Shown here piece by piece: positions 28,656 through 39,205 of a DNA stretch of 64,000 nucleotides (position 1 is its first letter; each line of letters begins with the position of its first letter). This stretch comes from Spongiivirga sp. MCCC 1A20706. GTDB lineage: Bacteria; Bacteroidota; Bacteroidia; Flavobacteriales; Flavobacteriaceae. The stretch lies in assembly GCF_046524175.1 (NCBI RefSeq), contig NZ_JBEFZF010000002.1, positions 107,304-171,303 on the forward strand. Direction: 5' to 3'. Position numbers and translations under genes: made by a program. Below the pieces are notes generated by a model. The model was not told the origin of the DNA. It made no database searches and saw only the letters and a list, made by a program, of their open reading frames with translations.

Positions 28656-28700
28656 TTAGTGTCGACGAATGGTAGTTTTCAATCGCCGAATAAAATTACG
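28656..28700. promoter_or_regulatory. Conserved upstream box copy 2, 80-120 nt upstream of the H-NOX operon start
   Basis: See 24811-24858. Confidence 0.5.
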
Positions 28701-28780
28701 AAAATTAACTAGCTTTTTATAGCTCTTTGACTCCAAAAAATGGTGTTGTTTCGTTTTTTACGATTGATTAAAATTGTTTT

Positions 28781-29698
28781 TTAGAGTACCCACTTAAAGT
28801 ATTTATCCTTTATAACATCCTTTTCTTCTTGTAAGTAATCAAGAAATGCTTCAGCTACAGGTGAGAGCTTCTTTTGTTTTAACCACACCAAATTCCATTG
28901 AGTATGTATGGGTAAACCTTTGTAAGGGATCACTTTTATAAGTCCCATATCTATAGCGTTTCGTATACCGATCATAGGCATAATTGAGTATCCTAAGCCC
29001 GCTATAACTGCTTGTTTGAGTGCTTCGTTACTGGTTAGTTCGATTTTCTTTGAGACAGGAAAGTTCTTTCCTTGAATAAATGTTTCCATCGCATTTCTGG
29101 TAGCCGATCCTGGTTCTCTATACAATAAAGGTTGTTCATTAAATATTAACGAGGACGTTCCTTTTCTATTTCGTTCAAGTTCGCTACCCCCAACTAAGTA
29201 CAAACTGTTTTTTAAAAGCGGAAACCGATTTAACTCAATATGATCGGGCAAAACAGATACTAATGCAAAGTCCACTAGATTGTTCTCTAAATCATTAACA
29301 ACTTTAAGCTTATTGGCAACATCCATGCTAAAATCGATACCGCTGTGTTTTTGCACAAAGCCTGATAGGTAATACGGCATAACATACTTTCCGGTAGAAA
29401 CTACAGAAATCGATAATTTTCCTGCGAGTTTTCCTTGATATTGTTTGGTTTTATGATCCAGACTAGAAACATCATTCAAAATTTTCTTTGCTAAATGGGC
29501 TATTTCCTCTCCAAATGAAGTGACGTATAGCTTTCTTCCTATTACCTCGGTTAAGGGAAAAGGAAACTGGTCTTGAAATTTTTTTAGTTGTATCGATACA
29601 GCAGGCTGTGTTAAAAACAGTGCTTCTGAAGCCTTGGTAATACTCTTTTTATTTACCACTTCAATGAATACTTGTAGCTGGTGCAACGTATAATTCAT
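28781..29698 (-). CDS. LysR-family transcriptional regulator
   Basis: N-terminal HTH LHQLQVFIEVVNKKSITKASEALFLTQPAVSIQLKKFQ. LysR substrate-binding fold length. Confidence 0.85.
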   Translation of the reverse strand: MNYTLHQLQVFIEVVNKKSITKASEALFLTQPAVSIQLKKFQDQFPFPLTEVIGRKLYVTSFGEEIAHLAKKILNDVSSLDHKTKQYQGKLAGKLSISVVSTGKYVMPYYLSGFVQKHSGIDFSMDVANKLKVVNDLENNLVDFALVSVLPDHIELNRFPLLKNSLYLVGGSELERNRKGTSSLIFNEQPLLYREPGSATRNAMETFIQGKNFPVSKKIELTSNEALKQAVIAGLGYSIMPMIGIRNAIDMGLIKVIPYKGLPIHTQWNLVWLKQKKLSPVAEAFLDYLQEEKDVIKDKYFKWVL

Positions 29699-29788
29699 AA
29701 ATAATATTTATGTATATAATAATAAATATAAATAAAAATATATGAAATTTCTGTTTAACCTTTGCTCAGAATTTGAACATACCATAAA

Positions 29789-30043
29789 ATGACACAGTTA
29801 ATATCCACATTGAATAAAACAGTTCATTTGCGCAAAACAGCGGGAGTTTTATTAATAAGCATACAGTTAAAAGAACTTGTCAAGTACGCTAGAATTATGT
29901 TTATCATTCTTCTAGCCATTGTCTTCTTAGTTTCACTGCTATCTGCTTATAGCCTAAGCACGGTTCTTTTTTGGAACTTGGTTAAAGTAGGGATAATAAC
30001 CAGTATCGTGACATTTTTAGCGCTGGCTAACAACAAGAAATAA
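29789..30043 (+). CDS. Small membrane protein (84 aa), hypothetical
   Basis: Two TM helices. Divergent from the LysR gene. Confidence 0.4.
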   Translation: MTQLISTLNKTVHLRKTAGVLLISIQLKELVKYARIMFIILLAIVFLVSLLSAYSLSTVLFWNLVKVGIITSIVTFLALANNKK

Positions 30044-30060
30044 TTAAAAACAATAAAATC

Positions 30061-30351
30061 ATGACAACAGTAGACATTCAACATCAGGTAAAATTAGTCG
30101 AGGGTAAGTTTAGTGCCATTGAAGCACTCGATTTGGTCAATGCATTAATAAGAGAAAAGATCAACTTTCATAAGTTGCATAGACTTTCCGTTTGTGAAGG
30201 AAATGAAAATAGCGATACGAGTTATGACGATGGTCGTGTAGCTCAATTACACAGGGATCGAGAACAATTTGTTGAATTTTTTCAAGAAGTAAAGGCTTCA
30301 GGGAAAAACTTAAGAATTAGCGGCACTTTAGAAATAGAAGTTGTCGACTAA
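30061..30351 (+). CDS. Hypothetical 96-aa protein
   Basis: ORF only. Not PII-like. Confidence 0.4.
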   Translation: MTTVDIQHQVKLVEGKFSAIEALDLVNALIREKINFHKLHRLSVCEGNENSDTSYDDGRVAQLHRDREQFVEFFQEVKASGKNLRISGTLEIEVVD

Positions 30352-30369
30352 ATAGCGATCAATTAACGA

Positions 30370-31332
30370 ATGGATTTACACTTATTGGTTGATAATTTAA
30401 CCAACCCAGCACTACTTTTTTTCGTGTTGGGATTATTTGCATCACAGGTAAAAAGTGACTTAGAAATTCCTCCAAATTCCTCTAAATTTATTTCGTTATA
30501 CCTCCTGTTTGCTATTGGTTTTAAAGGCGGACAGGAGTTAGCCCATAGCGCTTTTAGCGCAGACATTGTATGGGCGATTGTAGCGGGACTTTTGTTAGCA
30601 GCCTTAGTACCAGTTTATACCTATTATATTTTACGTTTAAAGTTTAGTGTTGAAAACTCCGGTGCAATTGCGGCAGCGTACGGTTCAGTAAGTGCAGTTA
30701 CCTTTGTTACCGCTATTAGTTTTCTGGAAATGGAGGGTATTTCATTTGGAGGACACATGGTAGCTGTCATGGCACTCATGGAAGCTCCATCAATTATTGT
30801 AGGTGTATTATTAATGCGATTTTATGCCAACGGCAAAAAATCGTGTAAAGACATGGGTCCGATACTAAAACACGCCCTTACTAACGGTAGTGTTTTATTA
30901 ATACTGGGTAGTTTAATTATAGGATTTATGGCGAATGACGCTCAAGCCCAGGGGATTAAACCTTTTACTACTGATATTTTTAAAGGTTTTCTAGCGGTCT
31001 TTCTGTTAGACATGGGTATTACCAGCGGAAAGAAAATAGGGGCATTTCTAAAAAAAGGTTGGTTCGCATTGTTATTTGCCATTATTGTACCCTGTATCAA
31101 TGGATTGATGATAGCGAGTGCCTCAGGATCATTTTTAACACAGGATGGAGATCGGTTTTTGCTGGCCATTTTAGCAGCAAGTGCTTCGTATATAGCAGTG
31201 CCCGCAGCGATGCGCATAGTCGCACCCAAAGCAAATCCAAGTTTGTATTTACCAATGGCTTTGGCCATTACATTCCCTTTTAATATTACGTTAGGCATGC
31301 CATTGTATTTGCAGGTAATACAAATGACCTAA
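30370..31332 (+). CDS. SbtA-like (DUF897 family) permease; putative Na+-dependent bicarbonate transporter homologue
   Basis: About 10 TM helices. N-terminal LEIPPNSSKFISLYLLFAIGFKGGQEL resembles the SbtA N-terminal block (..LEIPEAIYKF..LLLKIGLGGG..). LysR regulator adjacent. Confidence 0.5.
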   Translation: MDLHLLVDNLTNPALLFFVLGLFASQVKSDLEIPPNSSKFISLYLLFAIGFKGGQELAHSAFSADIVWAIVAGLLLAALVPVYTYYILRLKFSVENSGAIAAAYGSVSAVTFVTAISFLEMEGISFGGHMVAVMALMEAPSIIVGVLLMRFYANGKKSCKDMGPILKHALTNGSVLLILGSLIIGFMANDAQAQGIKPFTTDIFKGFLAVFLLDMGITSGKKIGAFLKKGWFALLFAIIVPCINGLMIASASGSFLTQDGDRFLLAILAASASYIAVPAAMRIVAPKANPSLYLPMALAITFPFNITLGMPLYLQVIQMT

Positions 31333-31367
31333 GTTTTATTCATATTTAGTAGAGTTTTATAATCCAG

Positions 31368-31449
31368 CATTAATGAAAATTGGTGTTGGATTATTTTCAT
31401 ATGATTTTTTATAAATTAAAAAATGCGTTAACAACCGTCAACGCATTTA
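31368..31449. terminator. Convergent terminator pair between the SbtA-like and SPFH genes
   Basis: Hairpin ataatccagca/tgttggattat followed by a T-run on the + strand. Hairpin aatgcgttaac/gtcaacgcatt followed by a T-run on the - strand. Confidence 0.55.
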
Positions 31450-31450
31450 T

Positions 31451-32605
31451 CTATTTATTCACCGAAAAAATCTCCTTCAACTGTTTGACTACACCACCGT
31501 TTCCGGTAACACTAATCTCACCAATTTTATCAGCGATTTTTTCTACATACTCCATTTCCTTTAACTTGAAGAGCATTTCGTTTTCTTCCATAAGCCTTGC
31601 TGTATTTAGCAAACTTCTGGTAGAAGCAGTCTCTTCTCGTCGGGTAATGACGTTGGCCTGTGCTCTTTTCTGGGCAACAAGCACCTGGTTCATAATATCC
31701 TTCATCTCACCCGTAAGGATGACATCTCGAATACCAATGCTCAATACGCCAACACCTAATTTTGCGATGTCTTTTTTAACAGTTTCCAATACGGCATTGC
31801 CAATACCTTCTTTCTGTTCCAACAATTCGTCCAAGGTGTATCCGCCTATGTAGGCACGCAATACCAATTGCAAAGCAACATACAATTGCTTTTCGTAATC
31901 TTTATTGCTCAACAAAGCTTTTTCAATATCGATAACCTTGTATTGTGCATACAAACTCATTCTAATTGCAGCCTTGTCTTTTGTCAACAATTCCTGACCA
32001 GCAATTTCTAATTGTCGCATACGTAAGTCGGCTTTTGCAACTTTAATTGATGTACTGTTTTTCCAAAACCTGTAGACACCAGGCCCAAGTGTTTTTTCAT
32101 ATTTGTCATCAATTATAAGTACGGCCTTTTCGTAAGCGGCAACCTCAAACATGCGCACATATTGGTTGACCTTGTAGGTACTCAAAGTCGTCTTATCAAT
32201 CTGCTCGGTAATGTAAATTTTGTTCAAATCTGCAATTACGTAACTGTGGTCAATAAGCCCCTTCCAAAAAAAGTATCTACCAGCGGTAAGCACGTCTTTA
32301 AAATTACCATTTTCAAAACGCAATGCAATGTTACCATCCTTAACTTCAATAACTTCAAGCATGGCCTCCAACTCCGTATCTTTTAATAAGAGTTCAATCG
32401 CAATGGGTGCTAAAAATTGTTTAGCAAGATTAAATATCATCACAGAGTTATTCAATGGCAGCCAATGCGTACCAGCTTTAACTAACTTACGATAATCACC
32501 TCTTTTAAAAACTAAACCAATGTTTCCTGCATTAATTCTTACTCGTTTCATCGTTTTCATTTTTTGGTTTGATAATTCAAACCTGTTCAACATTAATAAA
32601 GCCAA
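31451..32605 (-). CDS. SPFH/band-7 (stomatin/flotillin-like) domain protein with N-terminal triple repeat
   Basis: C-terminal VAQKRAQANVITRREETAS...coiled coil typical of SPFH. N-terminal repeats GDYRKLVKAGTHW / GNFKDVLTAGRYFFW / GPGVYRFW. True start probably MKTMKRV. Confidence 0.7.
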   Translation of the reverse strand: MALLMLNRFELSNQKMKTMKRVRINAGNIGLVFKRGDYRKLVKAGTHWLPLNNSVMIFNLAKQFLAPIAIELLLKDTELEAMLEVIEVKDGNIALRFENGNFKDVLTAGRYFFWKGLIDHSYVIADLNKIYITEQIDKTTLSTYKVNQYVRMFEVAAYEKAVLIIDDKYEKTLGPGVYRFWKNSTSIKVAKADLRMRQLEIAGQELLTKDKAAIRMSLYAQYKVIDIEKALLSNKDYEKQLYVALQLVLRAYIGGYTLDELLEQKEGIGNAVLETVKKDIAKLGVGVLSIGIRDVILTGEMKDIMNQVLVAQKRAQANVITRREETASTRSLLNTARLMEENEMLFKLKEMEYVEKIADKIGEISVTGNGGVVKQLKEIFSVNK

Positions 32606-32629
32606 GATTAAGTATTAGAAAATCTATTT

Positions 32630-32666
32630 CATTTTCAACCTTCTTAACGAAGTTCTAATACATAAT
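32630..32666. repeat. Repeat element copy 2 (cattttcaaccttcttaacgaagttctaatacataat) in the 5' leader of the SPFH gene
   Basis: 35/37 identity to 5311-5347. The reverse complement reads ...ATG TAT TAG, the same tail as the lgt C-terminus (IMY*). Confidence 0.6.
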
Positions 32667-33151
32667 CTTGACAAAGACATGCGCTGTAACGGAGGCTATG
32701 TCATATTTTTGGGCGTTTCCATGATACTTGTTTAATTGCTCGATCATGGTCGGGCCTGCCTGTCTGCAGACAGGCTTTCGCCGGTCGCTTTTTTAATTTA
32801 AAAACAGCATAAATAACCCATCTTTCCATCGCGGAAATCTCATTTTTTGTATAATCGCTACAATCAGTATTTAATAGTTGAGTTGGCAGCTGATATCAAA
32901 TTAAAACCCTATATCGTTTGCAAAGCCGCATACTAAAAAGTAATTGCTTAAACCATCAATAAAATGGCTATTTCAGGCATTTTCAAGACTGTTTTTAAGG
33001 TGCTTTAACCTAAAAAACCGAGTTACAAATGCTGTTCTTTTTTGCTGTTTTATGCCCAGCGTGGCTTGGAGACCAGTTTTACAAGATGGTCAGCTTAAGT
33101 TGCCATATCCTTAATATGGTGCGTTTACCAATTTCGCCATTCCGATTTTTC

Positions 33152-33295
33152 GGAAGCAGGACTCGAACCTGCAAGTCTTCAATTGTTCTAACCAAACTGA
33201 ACTATCTCAAAAATGGATTGAGAGTGGGATTCGAACCCACGACCTATTGACAGTGACTGTTAACTACAGTCTAGGTATCAAGCCTCGTTGCATAT
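33152..33295 (-). other. Two tandem tRNA-like 3' fragments (T-arm plus acceptor 3' strand) without matching 5' acceptor strands
   Basis: On the minus strand: gcagg-ttcgagt-cctgc and gtggg-ttcgaat-cccac T-arms. The second also has a gactg-tagttaa-cagtc anticodon-like hairpin. No complementary 5' acceptor strand found by eye. Confidence 0.4.
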
Positions 33296-33561
33296 AAATT
33301 CATCATACAAAAACTGCAATGATTTATACATTGGTGCTATACCGAAACACCTAACCGGACTTAACTTGATATATTCCCGCGAAGGCGGGAATCTCTTATG
33401 TCCCGCAATCACGATTTACTTTTTCATTTTTTCAAAATCCCTGCAACACTCCTCGTTGCTGCAGGGAATACTAGTAAACCCTTTACCAGCTTAGGTTTAC
33501 CCTAACAACACCACAAACCTCTACATTAACTACGCAATTATTGTGCGTAGTTAAAAATTAT

Positions 33562-33636
33562 TGGTATCTATGGGGAATCGAACCCGTTCATCTTAGAAGA
33601 TATACTTCTCGTGCTAGCCAGTACACTATAGATACC
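33562..33636 (-). pseudogene. tRNA-like element with perfect 7-bp acceptor stem but aberrant anticodon loop and T-arm (probable tRNA pseudogene)
   Basis: Minus strand: ggtatct...agatacc acceptor, D-stem gtgt/gcac. Anticodon stem agaag/cttct with a 5-nt loop tatat (or 4-bp stem with loop gtATAtc). T-stem has only 3 GC pairs. Confidence 0.4.
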
Positions 33637-33705
33637 ATTTTAAAGCTTCCCTCTTTAATAAAGATGGGAATGAATTCAAATTCAGCTTTGCTTAAGAAAG
33701 GGGAG

Positions 33706-34242
33706 TTAAAGGCTACTTTTTTTTGCCCTCTTCTTCTTTTTGGGCTTTCTTTTTTTCTTAGCCCCCAACTTCTCTTTTACTCGGCTTATCTCATCATTAA
33801 CAAAGCGCTTAAAGTGGTTGTTCAAAGCCGACTTTTTAGCCTTTTTGAATTGAACTAAAGCTTCTTTAAATCGCTTTTGTACTTCAAAAAGCTGGCCCTG
33901 TATCAACATCAAATATACTTTGTCAACTCCCTTAATTTTCATTGCAAAGTCTAGTAATTTTTGAGCTTCCTTTAAATCTTCATTTCGGATTAACGTGTAT
34001 AAATAATCCAGATAAATACTTGGATTTTCTAAGTTGCTCGCCATGGCCTTTTCAAAACATGATTTTGCCAATTCATATTCATTTAAATCATTAGCATAGA
34101 CTTTGCCTAATAAACAAAGGGCTTGTACGTTTTGATCGTCATATGATAATGCATAATTCAATGCCTCCATCGTTTCCTCTAAATCATAGGGGTAGGCTGC
34201 CAACGCCTTAAATAAATATGGGTTATGTATTAAATTTTCCAT
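33706..34242 (-). CDS. TPR-repeat protein with Lys-rich C-terminal tail
   Basis: Three to four TPR-like units (AKSCFEKAMASNLENPSIYLDY...). C-terminal KKRKPKKKKRAKK. Confidence 0.55.
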   Translation of the reverse strand: MENLIHNPYLFKALAAYPYDLEETMEALNYALSYDDQNVQALCLLGKVYANDLNEYELAKSCFEKAMASNLENPSIYLDYLYTLIRNEDLKEAQKLLDFAMKIKGVDKVYLMLIQGQLFEVQKRFKEALVQFKKAKKSALNNHFKRFVNDEISRVKEKLGAKKKRKPKKKKRAKKSSL

Positions 34243-34253
34243 TTTGTTATCAT

Positions 34254-34934
34254 TTAAAACTCGATTTCATCATTTAAAAGCTGATGAATCGGGTATTGTT
34301 TTAGCGTTCTTATTTTTTGCTCGTCAATTCTTCTTCGTTTTCTCTTTTGATTTATACTCCAATAGTCTTTCCAACCATCCACTCGTTCGCGAGCTTCATA
34401 AAATCCTGATTTTAAAAATCGCTGCCATATCAAATCGATTTCACTTTCTATTAAAGGATCAATTCGTTTGCTATGCGTCACATAGGCTCGGGTAAATTTT
34501 ATCCTATAACTTCCCAGAGGCAGATTTACATAAAACCGTAATCGAAGTTTTTTCTTCTCATTGTAATACTTAAAAGGAACGCAAAGTCGTTTAGCTGCAT
34601 CGCTCAAGCGGTTGTATTGTTTACGGCTAATGGTGGGTAAATTTTTATTTGAAATATATTTACTCGTCATCGCCAACCACTTTTCGTTCGCCTCGTCCTT
34701 TGTTCTTCCCCAGACTTGTTTTTCTAAAATTTTATAAACCTCTTTTATCGCATCTTCATTTTTGTACGCTTCGACCTCCCGAACAATAATCGCTTCTTTA
34801 AACCAACCGTTTCGTATTGGTTTTTCTAATTCGATATAGCCCAGATCTCTGCGTCTCCAATGAAGCTCTCCCAACCGTTTTAAATCATTTCGAATCTGAT
34901 TTTCGAGCTGTTCTTTTTTGTGTTTCGGTTTCAT
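34254..34934 (-). CDS. Hypothetical basic protein (226 aa)
   Basis: ORF with coding-like composition. No recognisable motif. Confidence 0.45.
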   Translation of the reverse strand: MKPKHKKEQLENQIRNDLKRLGELHWRRRDLGYIELEKPIRNGWFKEAIIVREVEAYKNEDAIKEVYKILEKQVWGRTKDEANEKWLAMTSKYISNKNLPTISRKQYNRLSDAAKRLCVPFKYYNEKKKLRLRFYVNLPLGSYRIKFTRAYVTHSKRIDPLIESEIDLIWQRFLKSGFYEARERVDGWKDYWSINQKRKRRRIDEQKIRTLKQYPIHQLLNDEIEF

Positions 34935-35958
34935 TACAACCGTTCTAAAATTTGTATTATCTAATTTTTATGTTGATGTTTAGACTGATTTATAAACCCA
35001 GAGACACTTTCAAAAGCCTAAATTTTTGACATGAGTTGTCTGGCTTGTTTTTTACTACGAGCACTACTTTTTTAAAATTTGAGTATAAAAAAAGTCCGAA
35101 ACATTCGCTTGGAACACTTCGGACTTTCTACTACCAGAGAATCTGGTTATGGAAGGTGCCGAAGTATCGATCTTGACGTTTTGTCATTTTCTTGTATGTG
35201 ATAAAATCGCATGACTTCGTTTTTAATTTAGTGAAACACTGTTTTGAAAAGCCTTTTTTGGCGTATTCAAAATTGATTGTTGAACTAATCCCACTGCATA
35301 GCGGGATCTCATCCTGTTGTTGAATTTTCAACGGTGCAAATATGAAATCCTTTTTTCAATTATCCAAATAAAATTTTAATTTAATTTGTTGATTTTCAGG
35401 TAGTTAAATTAAAAATGGGCAATAGAAATCCTGTCCGCTTTATAGCAGATAATCGCTTTTTTAGTAACCATTTGTCCATCAATTACTTGACCCAAAAGCT
35501 TGCTTGTTTATGTGTTATTCTTCGTTCGATATTTTTTTATTTTTTATTGCATCAAAATGGATTCCCGATCTGGCAACCCATAAAAAAAGCGTCCAAGAAA
35601 TTGGACGCTTTAGTACTATAATGGTTGGTTTATTTTGTATTCAACTTCGTTTTAATATAGTACTATAACATCCTTGTCCATCTGTATTTACTGATGGAAA
35701 ATCGTTCAGGCAATATGCCCTACGTTCAATGCTATGGTTCTGTATTGTTTTCATTTTTGTTGGTGCAAATATGGTGTTTTTATTTTATTACTCCATAAAA
35801 TTATGTTTTACTTCTTTCCATACCTCTTTTATAAATGGTGTAATTGAAAACTCCTCTTCAGTTTCATCTTCAATTAAACTCCAATAATGAATAGTTGAAA
35901 AATGCAAGAAACATTCCTTAACAAGAATGGTTTTACAGACATCCCAATTTTTCTTTGC

Positions 35959-36204
35959 TTAGTTGGGATATTCAGATATACCATCATCCAATGAAGAAAC
36001 GATCAAACCCATTAGAGTAAATTTTTCGTTATCATCAGATAGTTCATTTTTATATAGTTTTAGAAATTCTTCTATCCTTTGAAAATCGGATACAACTATT
36101 TCCCAATCTTGTTCATTTTTATTCCAATACAAACCAAGCCGTTTAGATAGCTTTTCTTCCGAACTTATACTTGAGTGTCTTACATATTGTTTTGAATAGC
36201 TCAT
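35959..36204 (-). CDS. Small hypothetical protein (about 81 aa) translationally coupled to rtcB (TAAtATG junction)
   Basis: ATG at 36204 lies one nt after the rtcB stop (36208..36206). Acidic, helical. Confidence 0.45.
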   Translation of the reverse strand: MSYSKQYVRHSSISSEEKLSKRLGLYWNKNEQDWEIVVSDFQRIEEFLKLYKNELSDDNEKFTLMGLIVSSLDDGISEYPN

Positions 36205-36205
36205 A

Positions 36206-37639
<1,434 letters not shown>

Positions 37640-37759
37640 CTACTTGTAAAGTCTTATAAATTGACTTATTCATAATTCCAATACAAATGTTATTTTTATG
37701 TACGCAATAGTTTTGCGTAGTTGTACTTTTACATTGTGTTAGTAATATAGATATTAAAA

Positions 37760-38767
37760 ATGGCTCTTAACAAAAATGCACTCATCCGATATAAAACAAT
37801 CGACAAATGCCTTCAAAATATATACAGAAAATGGACTTTAGACGATTTGATCACTGCTTGTTCCGATGCGCTGTACGAATATGAAGGTAGAGAAGTAAAT
37901 GTGAGTAAGCGGACTGTTCAATTGGATATCCAGCTAATGCGAAGTGATAAATTAGGATACAATGCACCTATAGAGGTGTATGAGAAAAAATATTATCGCT
38001 ATGAACATCCAAATTATTCTATTACCGATATCCCAATTACGGAAAATGATATGAACGTCTTATCTGAAACCGTAGAAATGTTAAGACAATTTAAAGATTT
38101 TTCATTGTTTTCTGAATTAGGTGGCATTATACAACGTTTGGAAGATAAGGTATATACTGAGAAGACACATCAATCATCAATTATTCATTTAGATAAAAAT
38201 GAACGCTTGAAAGGACTAGAACATTTGGATGTGTTATACCAAGCTATTTTGAAAAAACTAGTTCTTAAAATATCTTATCAGTCATTTAAGGCACGACATC
38301 CATCCGTATTAATATTTCATCCTTTTATATTGAAGGAGTTTAACAATCGATGGTTTTTAGTGGGTAAAAATGCGGCTGACAAGCCTATTATTACCTTGGC
38401 TTTAGACCGAATAATTTCTATTGACTATGATCTTGAAATCCCATTTTTGAAAGAGGATTTTGATGGGGATTCTTACTATGAAAGCACCATTGGAGTAACA
38501 GTGCTTAATGAAGAACAACTGCAGGAAGTTGTTATTAAAGTCGATCATAAAAACGCACCATACGTGCTTACGAAACCATTCCATAGCTCACAAGAATTGG
38601 TAGAAAAAACCCCGGATAACGGAATTGTTTTTAAGATGAAAGTCCACCTTAATTTTGAATTAGAGCGATTGATACTTGGTTTTGGTGATAGCATTGAAGT
38701 TTTGCAACCAAGACAACTAAGAAAACGAATTCGGAAGAAATTGGAGCGAGCCTTGGAAAAATATTAA
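37760..38767 (+). CDS. WYL-domain transcriptional regulator (wHTH-WYL-WCX; BrxR/CapW/YafY-like)
   Basis: N-terminal wHTH (NALIRYKTIDKCL...RTVQLDIQLMR). Central ...HPFILKEFNNRWFLVGKN (WYL core). Conserved C-terminal extension. 335 aa. Confidence 0.75.
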   Translation: MALNKNALIRYKTIDKCLQNIYRKWTLDDLITACSDALYEYEGREVNVSKRTVQLDIQLMRSDKLGYNAPIEVYEKKYYRYEHPNYSITDIPITENDMNVLSETVEMLRQFKDFSLFSELGGIIQRLEDKVYTEKTHQSSIIHLDKNERLKGLEHLDVLYQAILKKLVLKISYQSFKARHPSVLIFHPFILKEFNNRWFLVGKNAADKPIITLALDRIISIDYDLEIPFLKEDFDGDSYYESTIGVTVLNEEQLQEVVIKVDHKNAPYVLTKPFHSSQELVEKTPDNGIVFKMKVHLNFELERLILGFGDSIEVLQPRQLRKRIRKKLERALEKY

Positions 38768-38823
38768 GTAGATGCAGCTTGGAGCACGCCAATTTCACTT
38801 AACTTACATCAAAAATTTTCGTC

Positions 38824-39201
38824 ATGTTAGTTACAATAATTGATCAAACCATTTCAGGAGAAACCAAAAATCAGATTAAGGTTGATCTAAACGAATCGGT
38901 TACCGCGGAAGATATTATCAAAGCGAGAGTTACTCAAGAAGTAGAAAACTATAACAGCCGAGCTGCAAATGTTTTTAAAGGTTTGGTACAGCCGACTAAT
39001 CGAGAACAACAACTAAACGATAAAAAGTTTAAACCAATAGATGTCGAAAAACAGGTGTACGTTGCTTTGGATGCTTTCCAAAAAAACGGCTTTTTCATTT
39101 TAGTGAATGACCATCAATTGTCCGAAATAGATGAAAAAGTTACCATTAATGAAAACACCGAAATTAGTTTTGTTAAACTAACGCCTTTAGTTGGAGGATA
39201 A
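38824..39201 (+). CDS. Hypothetical 125-aa protein ending in Gly-Gly (possible beta-grasp/ubiquitin-like C-terminus)
   Basis: C-terminus ...ISFVKLTPLVGG-stop. 56 nt downstream of the WYL gene. 4-nt gap to the next ORF. Confidence 0.5.
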   Translation: MLVTIIDQTISGETKNQIKVDLNESVTAEDIIKARVTQEVENYNSRAANVFKGLVQPTNREQQLNDKKFKPIDVEKQVYVALDAFQKNGFFILVNDHQLSEIDEKVTINENTEISFVKLTPLVGG

Positions 39202-39205
39202 TACA

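Noticed and set aside
30061-30351. SbtB (PII-like) identity for the 96-aa ORF upstream of the SbtA-like gene
   Set aside because: No PII signature (no T-loop or GxxG motifs). Its position is upstream rather than downstream.
30942-31853. ORFs 30942..31298(-), 31059..31283(+), 31380..31853(+)
   Set aside because: They overlap the SbtA-like and SPFH genes in alternative frames or on the opposite strand. No motifs.
32640-33640. tmRNA (ssrA) hypothesis for the non-coding gap with tRNA-like ends
   Set aside because: No 5'/3' acceptor pairing across the region. No resume codon plus ...YALAA-stop tag frame found on either strand. The elements look like separate degenerate tRNA fragments.
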